A stretch of 36,228 nt of DNA, taken from contig JACQSU010000003.1 of the NCBI GenBank assembly GCA_016211165.1, forward strand, positions 1 through 36,228. Reading direction: 5' to 3'. Position 1 is the stretch's first letter. Each line of letters starts with the position of its first letter. Source of the stretch: Candidatus Woesearchaeota archaeon (GTDB taxonomy: Archaea > Nanobdellota > Nanobdellia > Woesearchaeales > JAGWAF01). The translations under genes were made by a program, and so were the position numbers. The notes beneath the pieces are model-generated. The model made no database searches and was not told where the DNA came from. It saw nothing but the letters and a program-made list of their open reading frames with translations. Below are positions 14,463-22,001 of the stretch, piece by piece.

Positions 14463-16156
14463 CATTTGTGCGTGTACACAAATATGTACACATTCCCTTG
14501 TTTTCCTTCAAATCGTGCGAAGTAGTGTCTCTCAAATTGCACGATCTGTCCTGGCTTGATACTGGCAAGATGTCGTTCGCCCTTTCCTTTTTGCACGGTT
14601 CCATCATTCATCAGGACTTCGACATCAAGGTTCTCCGGTGATGCAGGCAGCCAGTGCATGATGCGGCCACCGAGTTTGCGGTATGTTGCCACATCAGAGC
14701 TGTGGAATCGATAGGCGTGTGCCTCACTGGTGAAATTGAGTCCTTCCATGAGTCGATAGACTTGTCCGGTAGGGAGGGCGGCAAGATCCTCTGCTTGCAA
14801 CAAGAACGTGCCTTCGGCGGATAATTTCCTTCCGCCTTTGCGATGTTCAGGGTGCAAGTCGAATTCAGCATACACCGCAGGCGCGTCAAGGACCGTGACT
14901 TCTTTGGGGTCAATGACAAGGAAGTATCGATTGGCATCTGCTTCGATGAGTTGCCGATTGTGGTATTCAAGCGATTTGAAAAATTCCTTCACGTCCACGT
15001 GTTTGTCAGTCAAAGAGATCCCCATTCCTATGACGAATCGTCGAAACGCTTCTGCCTGGAATCCGCGTCTGCGAAGTGCCCCTATCGTGGGCAGGCGGAC
15101 ATCGTTCCATCCGTCGTATGTCCCTGCCGTGATTGCGGCCTTGGTTTCCGTGGTCGAGAGGCGTAGTCCATCGAATTGGATGCGTCCATAGTGGATATAT
15201 TCAGGAGTTTTCCATCCGAGGTAGTCAAAGATGTACTTCTGTCGTCTGGTGTTGTCAAAATGATCCTTGCCGCGCAAGACATGGGTTAGGCCCATCGAGT
15301 AGTCATCGGCAGCGACCGAGAAGTTCATCAGTGGCCAGACGCGGTATTTGTTCCCCTGCCGCGGGTGTTCAGTCTCGTTGATGCGCAGGATGGCGAAGTC
15401 CCGCATTGCAGGGTTCTTGTGCGCGACATCGGTTTTAAGGCGTACAACTGCTGCTCCTTCAGGGTATTCTCCTGTGTGCATCTTATGCCAATCTTCGATA
15501 TTGGACTTCGCAGACTTGTCGCGGCACGGGCAGGGTGATCCTTCTTCAATGAGGTTCTTCCACGCCTCACCTTCGCATGTGCAGACGTAGGCGTGATGCT
15601 CTTCAAGCAGTGCAAGGGCGGTTTGATAGTAGAGTTCCATCCGTTCTGATTGTATGAACACTTCGTTAAGATTATTCTGCGAGAGCCATCGCGTGTCGTC
15701 CTCGATCATCTTGTATGCTTCGGGCATGACATTGTCCTGGTTGGTGTCTTCAAGGCGCAGGATGAATGCTCCGCCGTACATCTTGACATATTCAGCGTTG
15801 GGGATGATGGTGAATGCGTGGCCGATGTGAAGTGGTCCGGAGGGTGATGGCGCCGCGCGCATCCGGACCGGCCCGCTCACATTCGGTAGCGGCTTGAGCA
15901 CGTCTTTTTTTGCGCCTTCTTTTTTCTCGAGAAGATCAGGCGCTTCAGAAGCAAGAATGCGCACGCATTCATCTGCTCCGAGTGTGTTGATCTCTATGAC
16001 AACAGGCGCAATCTTCACCATCAGTTCTTTTGCTTTGGGTTTGAGTTCAGGGTTCTCGCCAAGGATTCTCGAAAGGACGGAGTCTGCTTGGGCTACGCCA
16101 TTGTGGAGTGCCGCGTTTTGGAGTGTGAAGAGTCGGATGAGTTTGGCAAGGGTCAT
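14462..16156 (-). CDS. gltX: glutamyl-tRNA synthetase, archaeal type
   Basis: PSGPLHIGHA (HIGH motif) and a class I catalytic core. The N-terminal helical domain LIRLFTLQNAALHNGVAQADSVLSRILGENPELKPKAKEL is typical of archaeal GluRS. The likely start is MTLAKL at 16156; the track ORF extends to 16189. Confidence 0.92.
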   Translation of the reverse strand: MTLAKLIRLFTLQNAALHNGVAQADSVLSRILGENPELKPKAKELMVKIAPVVIEINTLGADECVRILASEAPDLLEKKEGAKKDVLKPLPNVSGPVRMRAAPSPSGPLHIGHAFTIIPNAEYVKMYGGAFILRLEDTNQDNVMPEAYKMIEDDTRWLSQNNLNEVFIQSERMELYYQTALALLEEHHAYVCTCEGEAWKNLIEEGSPCPCRDKSAKSNIEDWHKMHTGEYPEGAAVVRLKTDVAHKNPAMRDFAILRINETEHPRQGNKYRVWPLMNFSVAADDYSMGLTHVLRGKDHFDNTRRQKYIFDYLGWKTPEYIHYGRIQFDGLRLSTTETKAAITAGTYDGWNDVRLPTIGALRRRGFQAEAFRRFVIGMGISLTDKHVDVKEFFKSLEYHNRQLIEADANRYFLVIDPKEVTVLDAPAVYAEFDLHPEHRKGGRKLSAEGTFLLQAEDLAALPTGQVYRLMEGLNFTSEAHAYRFHSSDVATYRKLGGRIMHWLPASPENLDVEVLMNDGTVQKGKGERHLASIKPGQIVQFERHYFARFEGKQGNVYIFVYTHK

Positions 16157-16204
16157 AGTCTCACGCAGAAGGGAGCTTGTTATATACATTGTGGTGGAGT
16201 GATA

Positions 16205-16957
16205 TTAGAATCGTCCGATCGTGGCCAGGCGATAAGAATTCAAGTGCTGTTTGGCTTTACGGATATGTTTGTTAGATCCCTGCCTGCGTGCTGCGTACTG
16301 ATCTGCTGTTCGTTCCTCACGATCAAGTTCTCGTTCAAGTCCGAACCAGGCGACAGGTGAAATGAGCGCGGCGTGTCGTGAGAGTGCAAGCATGCTCGAT
16401 TTTTGTGCGATATGACCAATCTCATGAAGAAGCACGGCTTCGGTTTCCTTTTTGGACAAAAGATCCATCAGTCCTACCGATACGAAGATGCGTGGTGTGC
16501 CAAGTGAGAAGCTAAACGCGATGGGTTTGGCAGTGTCAATCACGTGTAGGGCAGGTGAAGTGATCCGAGCGTCCAGTGCAGCAGAGGCGACAAATCGTGC
16601 GAGCGATCCGTTCTCAAGGCGTCGTGAGCGTTGTGCCATCCTTCGCACAAAGACAAATGGCGCGCATAGCAAGCTTACCAGGATGCTGATTCCTGAAGTG
16701 ATGATCGCAAGCCATATAGTGTGTCGTGCAGTCTCACACGAATCCAACATCGCGGCGCATCCGCCGTATGTTCCATACAACACCACGGGAAAGAGCAGAA
16801 AGAAGACGTGCAAGTACAGAGCTCCGAGTTTTGTCTTGGTGGCCTTGCTTCCAAAGAATGCCGCAAGGGCAAGCAATGCAAACACAAGCGATCCGATGGA
16901 GAGCCATAATTTGAGTGGATCTGTGACAAAGCTTTGCACGCATTCCCCGCACATCAT
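16205..16957 (-). CDS. BlaR1/MecR1-like M56-family membrane metalloprotease (sensor-transducer) without an extracellular sensor domain
   Basis: 250 aa with 4 predicted TM segments and an HEXXH site, AVLLHEIGHIAQ. N-terminal MMCGEC (CxxC) and GGCAAMLDSC. ATGA overlap with the blaI-like gene. Confidence 0.75.
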   Translation of the reverse strand: MMCGECVQSFVTDPLKLWLSIGSLVFALLALAAFFGSKATKTKLGALYLHVFFLLFPVVLYGTYGGCAAMLDSCETARHTIWLAIITSGISILVSLLCAPFVFVRRMAQRSRRLENGSLARFVASAALDARITSPALHVIDTAKPIAFSFSLGTPRIFVSVGLMDLLSKKETEAVLLHEIGHIAQKSSMLALSRHAALISPVAWFGLERELDREERTADQYAARRQGSNKHIRKAKQHLNSYRLATIGRF

Positions 16958-17313
16958 TTGCGAAACCTCTCGTGGAAGTAACTTACGGCTGTGGATCCAA
17001 ATCGATTAATGAGGCCATTCACGACGTCCTCGACAACAGACTTCTCAAATTCCTTCCGGTTCTTGGTTGGGAAGTAGATATAGCGCACGCCTCCGCGTGC
17101 AGTCTCCATGTTCCGCTCGACGAGTCCTTTGAGAAAGAGACGGTCCAAGATGACAGCGACGGAGCTGACTGCGACGTTGCGTTTTCCTTTGAGTTTTGCG
17201 TGTATCTCTCGGACGCGCAGCGACTTGTCCGGCCATAGTATCGAGATGACATCGTTCTCCAGTGGTGAGAGGATATCGCTATTGGATTTCACCGCACGCA
17301 CTGCGTCTTTCAT
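16954..17313 (-). CDS. BlaI/MecI/CopY-family winged-helix repressor
   Basis: 119 aa. LSPLENDVISILWPDKSLRVREIHAKL...VAVSSVAVILDRLFLKGLVER is typical of Penicillinase_R. There is no C-terminal CxC metal motif, so it is BlaI-like rather than CopY-like. AGGAGGG Shine-Dalgarno. Confidence 0.8.
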   Translation of the reverse strand: MKDAVRAVKSNSDILSPLENDVISILWPDKSLRVREIHAKLKGKRNVAVSSVAVILDRLFLKGLVERNMETARGGVRYIYFPTKNRKEFEKSVVEDVVNGLINRFGSTAVSYFHERFRK

Positions 17314-17345
17314 GTGATCCCTCCTAACGCTATTCTATAAATATC

Positions 17346-17360
17346 TTACGAAGATTGTAA
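17346..17360. promoter_or_regulatory. TTAC-N7-GTAA dyad (candidate BlaI-type operator) at the blaI-like promoter
   Basis: TTACGAAGATTGTAA, directly adjacent to the TATA-like TTCTATAAATAT (17333-17344). The flanking 12-mer AAAGCATTACAA (minus strand) is identical to 19273-19284. Confidence 0.45.
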
Positions 17361-17365
17361 TGCTT

Positions 17366-18094
17366 TTATCGGTGTTCAAGATATTCTTTGTCAAGCAATC
17401 CTCTGCGAACCCAGTCCTGCATCACAGAGTCATCTAGCGCAGGTTCAGGAGTCACGATCGCAGGATATTTACCACGCTCGATTGTCGACAGATTCCGCGC
17501 CAGGACATCAAGTGTTGTTGCTTTGAATTGGTCTTCCGGAGTCATCACAAGTCCATACCGTTCAAGAAAGCCATCGATTGTGTGGAGATGCTGCTCTTTT
17601 TTGTCAGGCTCGATCGTGATGTGGTAGACTTCAAGGATGTATCCGAATGATGCGGCGCCGCCCCACATATGCTGTATGCTGCTAATCAATTCTGTGCCAA
17701 TGTGTTTTGCATGGTGCTTGGTGACGCGCTTTGCCCACCAGGGATCGGGGTGGATGCCAAGGTCTTCGATGGCGCAGGCAATGTATTGTGCATAGTGAGC
17801 ATCGATCACTCGCGGATCCCTCACGCGCATATTGGCGAAGATGTCGCCGTGCTCGCGTTTGTTGCTTAGCATCTCGTATGTATCCCACGTGTTGGGCTCG
17901 GGTCCCATCCAGCGGATTCGTAGGTCGCCATTGTTTTTGGCAAGTGATCCGAATCGATGCGTGAGGATATAGTAAGTGTCGATGCGCCGCCACTGCTGGT
18001 CCAATGCTGTAAGGAGGCGTTGGTACTGTGCAAGATTGAGACGCGCGCGGCGTTGGACTTGGTATTTCTTGTCCCTCATAGTTGTGTTTGTCAT
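17366..18094 (-). CDS. hypothetical protein, weakly CYTH-like
   Basis: The likely start is MTNTTM at 18094, with a CCTATATTC TATA-like box about 22 nt upstream. Patterns DTYY, LRIRW, AKRVTKHH and GYILEVY loosely follow CYTH strand motifs, but the ExExK position reads QVQRR. Confidence 0.55.
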   Translation of the reverse strand: MTNTTMRDKKYQVQRRARLNLAQYQRLLTALDQQWRRIDTYYILTHRFGSLAKNNGDLRIRWMGPEPNTWDTYEMLSNKREHGDIFANMRVRDPRVIDAHYAQYIACAIEDLGIHPDPWWAKRVTKHHAKHIGTELISSIQHMWGGAASFGYILEVYHITIEPDKKEQHLHTIDGFLERYGLVMTPEDQFKATTLDVLARNLSTIERGKYPAIVTPEPALDDSVMQDWVRRGLLDKEYLEHR

Positions 18095-18152
18095 AGTTTT
18101 GGGGAGACGAATATAGGCTCTTAATGGTTTCCATAACATTCTTAAAGATTAG

Positions 18153-18167
18153 TTACATCAGTTGTAA
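18153..18167. promoter_or_regulatory. TTAC-N7-GTAA dyad in the divergent region between the hypothetical gene and ccdA
   Basis: TTACATCAGTTGTAA (TTACA/TGTAA arms), 21 nt upstream of the ccdA ATG. Confidence 0.45.
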
Positions 18168-18187
18168 TACTTTGGCTTTGGTGGAAT

Positions 18188-19180
18188 ATGAATATGGATC
18201 TGAATAAGCTCATGCTTGTCTTGCTTGTGATTCTGGCTGTTGTAGTGGCATCCTCCCCAGTCCTTGCCTTGGAGCTTCCCACGTCGCTTCAGAACCTGCA
18301 GTCGCAAAATGAGCAGAACACCCAGCGATTTGTGGCAACCATTACGTTTTTTGTCGCATTTCTTGCTGGCATTATCAGCTTTGTGAGTCCGTGCATTCTC
18401 CCGGTCTTTCCTGCGTTCTTTGCGTATGCGTTTACAAAAAAGCGTGACTTGAAGAAAGCCACTCTTGCCTTCTCTGCCGGGATGATTGTGGTAATGGTCG
18501 CAATCGGTTTGCTTGCAGCATATGTTGGCCGTCTTCTCTTAGACGAGTACCGCGCGACTATTGTCTTTTATCTCGGATTCCTCTTTATTGGTCTTGGCAT
18601 GGTCATCGCCTTGGGCCGGACATTTGGTGTTGCATCACAAAGGAAAATCAAGATAGACTCATTATGGTCCATCGCAGGGTTTGGCGCGCTCTTTGGCATC
18701 GGCTTCACGCCGTGTATTGGCCCGATTTTTGGCGGCATTCTTGCGATTGCGATGGTGCTTGGTGACTATTTATGGTCCGGTCTCTTGTTCGCATTCTATG
18801 CGATAGGCATCTCATTTCCACTCTATTTCCTCTCTGTATATTATGACAAATGGGAGTTGCACAAAAGGCCCTGGATGCGCGGCAAGACTTTCACGATCAA
18901 TCTTGGCAAGAAACGCATTGAGACACATTCCCACAATCTGCTCTCGGGAGGCATCCTCATCTTCTTTGGATCCCTCTTCGTCTTGCACAATGGCACATTT
19001 CTCTTTAATGCGCTCAGTGGTGGATACTTGAGTCACTTGTGGTTTATGTATAATGACGCGCTTCTGCAAGGCAGTCCTGCGTGGTATTGGGCATCGCTTG
19101 TGGTCTTTGTTCTCGCCATACTCTTTGTGGCAAAATCGTTGAAGTCGTCCGGAGGGCGGCATTATAGCAAATCTCGTTGA
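18188..19180 (+). CDS. ccdA: CcdA/DsbD-family thiol:disulfide electron transporter
   Basis: 330 aa, polytopic. Both conserved Cys motifs are present: FVSPCILPVFPAF and FTPCIGPIFGGIL. Confidence 0.88.
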   Translation: MNMDLNKLMLVLLVILAVVVASSPVLALELPTSLQNLQSQNEQNTQRFVATITFFVAFLAGIISFVSPCILPVFPAFFAYAFTKKRDLKKATLAFSAGMIVVMVAIGLLAAYVGRLLLDEYRATIVFYLGFLFIGLGMVIALGRTFGVASQRKIKIDSLWSIAGFGALFGIGFTPCIGPIFGGILAIAMVLGDYLWSGLLFAFYAIGISFPLYFLSVYYDKWELHKRPWMRGKTFTINLGKKRIETHSHNLLSGGILIFFGSLFVLHNGTFLFNALSGGYLSHLWFMYNDALLQGSPAWYWASLVVFVLAILFVAKSLKSSGGRHYSKSR

Positions 19181-19185
19181 TTATG

Positions 19186-19255
19186 GAGGACTTTGAAAAG
19201 CTCGAGCGTAACGAGGGGTTATTCAAAGTTCTCAATTCGCTATTAAACGATTTTT
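19186..19255 (+). terminator. hairpin cassette after ccdA, related to 13473-13596
   Basis: GAGGACTTTGAAAA...TTCAAAGTTCTC, followed by ATTAAACGATTTTT. Confidence 0.5.
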
Positions 19256-19278
19256 CGTAAGGTATAAATACTAAAGCA

Positions 19279-19293
19279 TTACAAGATTCGTAA
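19279..19293. promoter_or_regulatory. TTAC-N7-GTAA dyad at the promoter of the MVGGC/Trx/CopA operon
   Basis: TTACAAGATTCGTAA, 8 nt downstream of GGTATAAATAC. A second TATA-like element, CTTTATATA, is at about 19318. Confidence 0.45.
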
Positions 19294-19372
19294 CAGTTTA
19301 GGCATCGTCGGGACAACCTTTATATACCGACGCCAAATGTCGAGAACAAGACAAGAGGGGTGAACTATCACA

Positions 19373-20104
19373 ATGGCAAAAAAGGAATCATCGGTTGAGT
19401 ACACATTCAATATTCCAACACTCGTCCTCATTGCGTTGTTTGCAGGAATCATCATATTCAACCAATACCAGATTATGACATTTGGTATAAGCGGCCCGGG
19501 CACATTCTCATTGTCAGGGCGAACAAACCTTGCGCTTCCACCCGGAAGCCAGGGGACGACACTGGGCCCGGTCTTTAATTCGGATGGCCGTACAACAAGT
19601 GTCAAGGAGCTCCCAACAATTTCTGCGACTCCTGATCCTGCTCCGAGCGGCGACCCTGTGCAAGACGCGATCAACAGATACGTCCCAACAGGAACACCAG
19701 AATACGGCGCTGCCTTGGGTGTCTCATTTGATGATCCAATCAATTCACTTAACAAGCTCGCGCGTTACGACCAGACTGAACAACTTGATACGCCAGAAGA
19801 GAAAGCTCGCTATGACAAGCTCGCGTATGGGTTTAGCTGTGACTTCTGTTGTGGAGGTCCGAATTCAGTGACGCACATCTCAAACTGTGGTTGCTCGCAC
19901 GCAGCTGCGTGGCGCGGTGTCTTCAAGTACTTTATCAAGAACAATCCAGAGTACACCGATGAACAGCTGATAGGCGAGGCGACTCGGTGGAAGACGCTTT
20001 GGTATCCAGGTCCTATGATGAAGCGGATCCTCTCTGAAGGATCAAGCGGGTCAGTGGACGCATCGACACTATCACAGCTCCCCGGCATGGTCGGCGGCTG
20101 CTAA
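19373..20104 (+). CDS. membrane-anchored extracytoplasmic Cys-cluster protein ending in LPGMVGGC
   Basis: 243 aa. N-terminal TM IPTLVLIALFAGIIIF. Cys cluster CDFCCGGPNSVTHISNCGCSH. The final residues are LPGMVGGC-stop. GAGGGGTGA Shine-Dalgarno. Confidence 0.7.
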   Translation: MAKKESSVEYTFNIPTLVLIALFAGIIIFNQYQIMTFGISGPGTFSLSGRTNLALPPGSQGTTLGPVFNSDGRTTSVKELPTISATPDPAPSGDPVQDAINRYVPTGTPEYGAALGVSFDDPINSLNKLARYDQTEQLDTPEEKARYDKLAYGFSCDFCCGGPNSVTHISNCGCSHAAAWRGVFKYFIKNNPEYTDEQLIGEATRWKTLWYPGPMMKRILSEGSSGSVDASTLSQLPGMVGGC

Positions 20105-20126
20105 GAGGGACGAAGTCCCTCTTTTT
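20103..20126. terminator. 9-bp hairpin plus T-run between the two MVGGC genes
   Basis: AAGAGGGAC-GAA-GTCCCTCTT followed by TTT. It overlaps the stop codon of the upstream gene. Confidence 0.4.
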
Positions 20127-20139
20127 GGAGGAATCAAAA

Positions 20140-20361
20140 ATGGAAAAGAACACGATTGTCGCGGTCGTTCTGGGCGTGCTTGTCCTAGTTTCATTAGTGC
20201 AAGCATTCCAGCTCTACGGCCTTAAGAATTCAGTGTCCGGCGGGGCGACGGTTCGCCAAGTGTCAGCTGCGGCTCCACTAGCAAGCGCTCCTGCATCGTC
20301 AGGTGCGCCTGCGCTTCCTGCGAGTCTGAACAACTTGCCAGAGATGGTCGGCGGCTGTTAG
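20140..20361 (+). CDS. small membrane-anchored protein ending in LPEMVGGC
   Basis: 73 aa from ATG 20140, with GGAGG 9 nt upstream. TM IVAVVLGVLVLVSLV, an Ala/Ser/Pro linker, then LPEMVGGC-stop. Confidence 0.65.
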   Translation: MEKNTIVAVVLGVLVLVSLVQAFQLYGLKNSVSGGATVRQVSAAAPLASAPASSGAPALPASLNNLPEMVGGC

Positions 20362-20424
20362 ATTTTTTTACTTTCAATCTATTTGTAGCTAAGAGCAGCT
20401 GCAAACTACCAAAGGGGGATACTC

Positions 20425-21546
20425 ATGAAGTCCAATGTCGATCACCGATTGATGATTAACACGCTCTTGCTTGTGCTCACGTTCTTTGTGCTCCTCAATT
20501 TGTTCCTGACCTATGATCTTCGTCAGGAAGTCGCCGAGCGCGTCCGCTTGGATGCGCTTTCCCGTGTTCCTCCGATGATGGAGCTTGTTGTGATCTCTGA
20601 TGATTCCTGTGTCGATTGCTTTAATATCTCTCCTGTGGTTTCCCAGATAAAGGCGATGAATGTAAATCTCACCAAGGAGTCTGTGCTTCAATATGGTTCC
20701 GATGAAGCGAGGGCGCAAATCGAGAAGTATAGTGTACAAAGTATTCCTTCAGTCATCCTTCTGGGCGCTCCGGAGACATTTTCATTAAGCGGATTCAAGC
20801 GCACGAAAGATGCTCTAATCCTAAGCGAAGTGCGTCCAATCTACATCGACGCGACGACAGGTCAAGCAAAAGGGCGCCTTGAGATGACGCTCATTAACGA
20901 TCCATCCTGCAAGGGTTGTTTTAACATCGGCATCGTTGCAGGTCAGATCAAGCGGTTGACCTCGGTGCGCCAAGAGATTACGCTCTCATCTGCGAGTGCG
21001 CAAGCAAAGAAGCTCATCGCCAAGTACAATATCACGAAGTTGCCGGCGCTTATCTTAAGCGAAGACACGTCGGTGTATGCTGCCATTGCAAGTGAGTGGG
21101 CCAATGTGGGCACGGTTGAATCCGATGGGATGTATGTCCTGCGCGAACTTCCGCCGCCCTATGTTGATGTCGCAACAGGTCAAGTCGTGGGGCGTGTGAG
21201 TGTAACATATCTCACAGATGTGTCGTGCAAGGCGTGTTATGATGTTTCCATTCACAAGGCTGTGCTTGCGCAATTGGGCATTGCTCCTGCCATCGAGTCA
21301 AGGATGGATGTTGCAAGTGCGCAAGGTAAGATGCTGGTCGCGAAGTATGGAATCGAGTCTGTTCCAACAGTGATCCTTAGTAGGGACGCTAAGGCCTTTG
21401 ACGTTATGAGCTCTGTGTGGGAGCAAGTGGGTACCATCGAGTCCGATGGCAGCTATGTATTCCGCAATCTAGGCGCCATCGGTGGCGTGACGTATCACAA
21501 TCTGTCCAGTGGCGCTGTACAAAACGCGACCCTGCCGCAGCAGTGA
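20425..21546 (+). CDS. membrane-anchored protein with three tandem thioredoxin-fold CxxC repeats
   Basis: N-terminal TM, then three units of about 110 aa, each with D-x-S-C-x-x-C (CVDC, CKGC, CKAC) and a (K/E)KY(S/N/G)(V/I)xx(I/L/V)P(S/A/T)(V/L)IL cis-Pro-like block. Confidence 0.8.
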   Translation: MKSNVDHRLMINTLLLVLTFFVLLNLFLTYDLRQEVAERVRLDALSRVPPMMELVVISDDSCVDCFNISPVVSQIKAMNVNLTKESVLQYGSDEARAQIEKYSVQSIPSVILLGAPETFSLSGFKRTKDALILSEVRPIYIDATTGQAKGRLEMTLINDPSCKGCFNIGIVAGQIKRLTSVRQEITLSSASAQAKKLIAKYNITKLPALILSEDTSVYAAIASEWANVGTVESDGMYVLRELPPPYVDVATGQVVGRVSVTYLTDVSCKACYDVSIHKAVLAQLGIAPAIESRMDVASAQGKMLVAKYGIESVPTVILSRDAKAFDVMSSVWEQVGTIESDGSYVFRNLGAIGGVTYHNLSSGAVQNATLPQQ

Positions 21547-21580
21547 AGTAGAGGGATTGGCCCTCCTGGTGGTGACGAAT

Positions 21581-21610
21581 GGGGGTTCAAAAGGGGGTTT
21601 CCCCCTTTTC
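21581..21610. repeat. G4-hairpin element (family copy)
   Basis: GGGGGTTCAAAAGGGGGTTTCCCCCTTTTC, between two same-strand genes of the operon. Confidence 0.75.
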
Positions 21611-21617
21611 AAGAGTG

Positions 21618-22001
21618 ATGGTGGCGATCCTTGTATGGGTCGCTGTGCTTGCCAGTCTGTATGCCGTCATCGGCATTGATGATACGGATCGGCAGAACTG
21701 CCCGTACAAATCTGGTGGCAATCCCAATGCGTCACTGCGCATTGCCTACTTTGGGAATCCATTCTGCATTTGGTGTCTCATTCTTGAGCCCAAGCTTGAG
21801 CGTCTTGTTGAGCAAAAGGGGCGGTCGTTTTATATCCAGTATTTTGATGATAGGTATTGTGTGAATGAGGCAGAGGCCTTTGGCGTGCAGGCAGTGCCGT
21901 TTTTTGTGTTTAACAAGAGTGGTGTGATCACGCCGCATGCAGGGTATATTGAAGAGAGTGATATGCGCAGTATTATTTGTCAAGAGACAGGTGATTGTTA
22001 A
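21618..22001 (+). CDS. membrane-anchored thioredoxin-like protein (CIWC)
   Basis: Start taken at MVAILVWVAVLASLYAV, because the track start at 21579 would put the hairpin repeat inside the coding region. FGNPFCIWC...VQAVPFFVF Trx fold. Ends ...QETGDC-stop. TAATG overlap with the next gene. Confidence 0.7.
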   Translation: MVAILVWVAVLASLYAVIGIDDTDRQNCPYKSGGNPNASLRIAYFGNPFCIWCLILEPKLERLVEQKGRSFYIQYFDDRYCVNEAEAFGVQAVPFFVFNKSGVITPHAGYIEESDMRSIICQETGDC

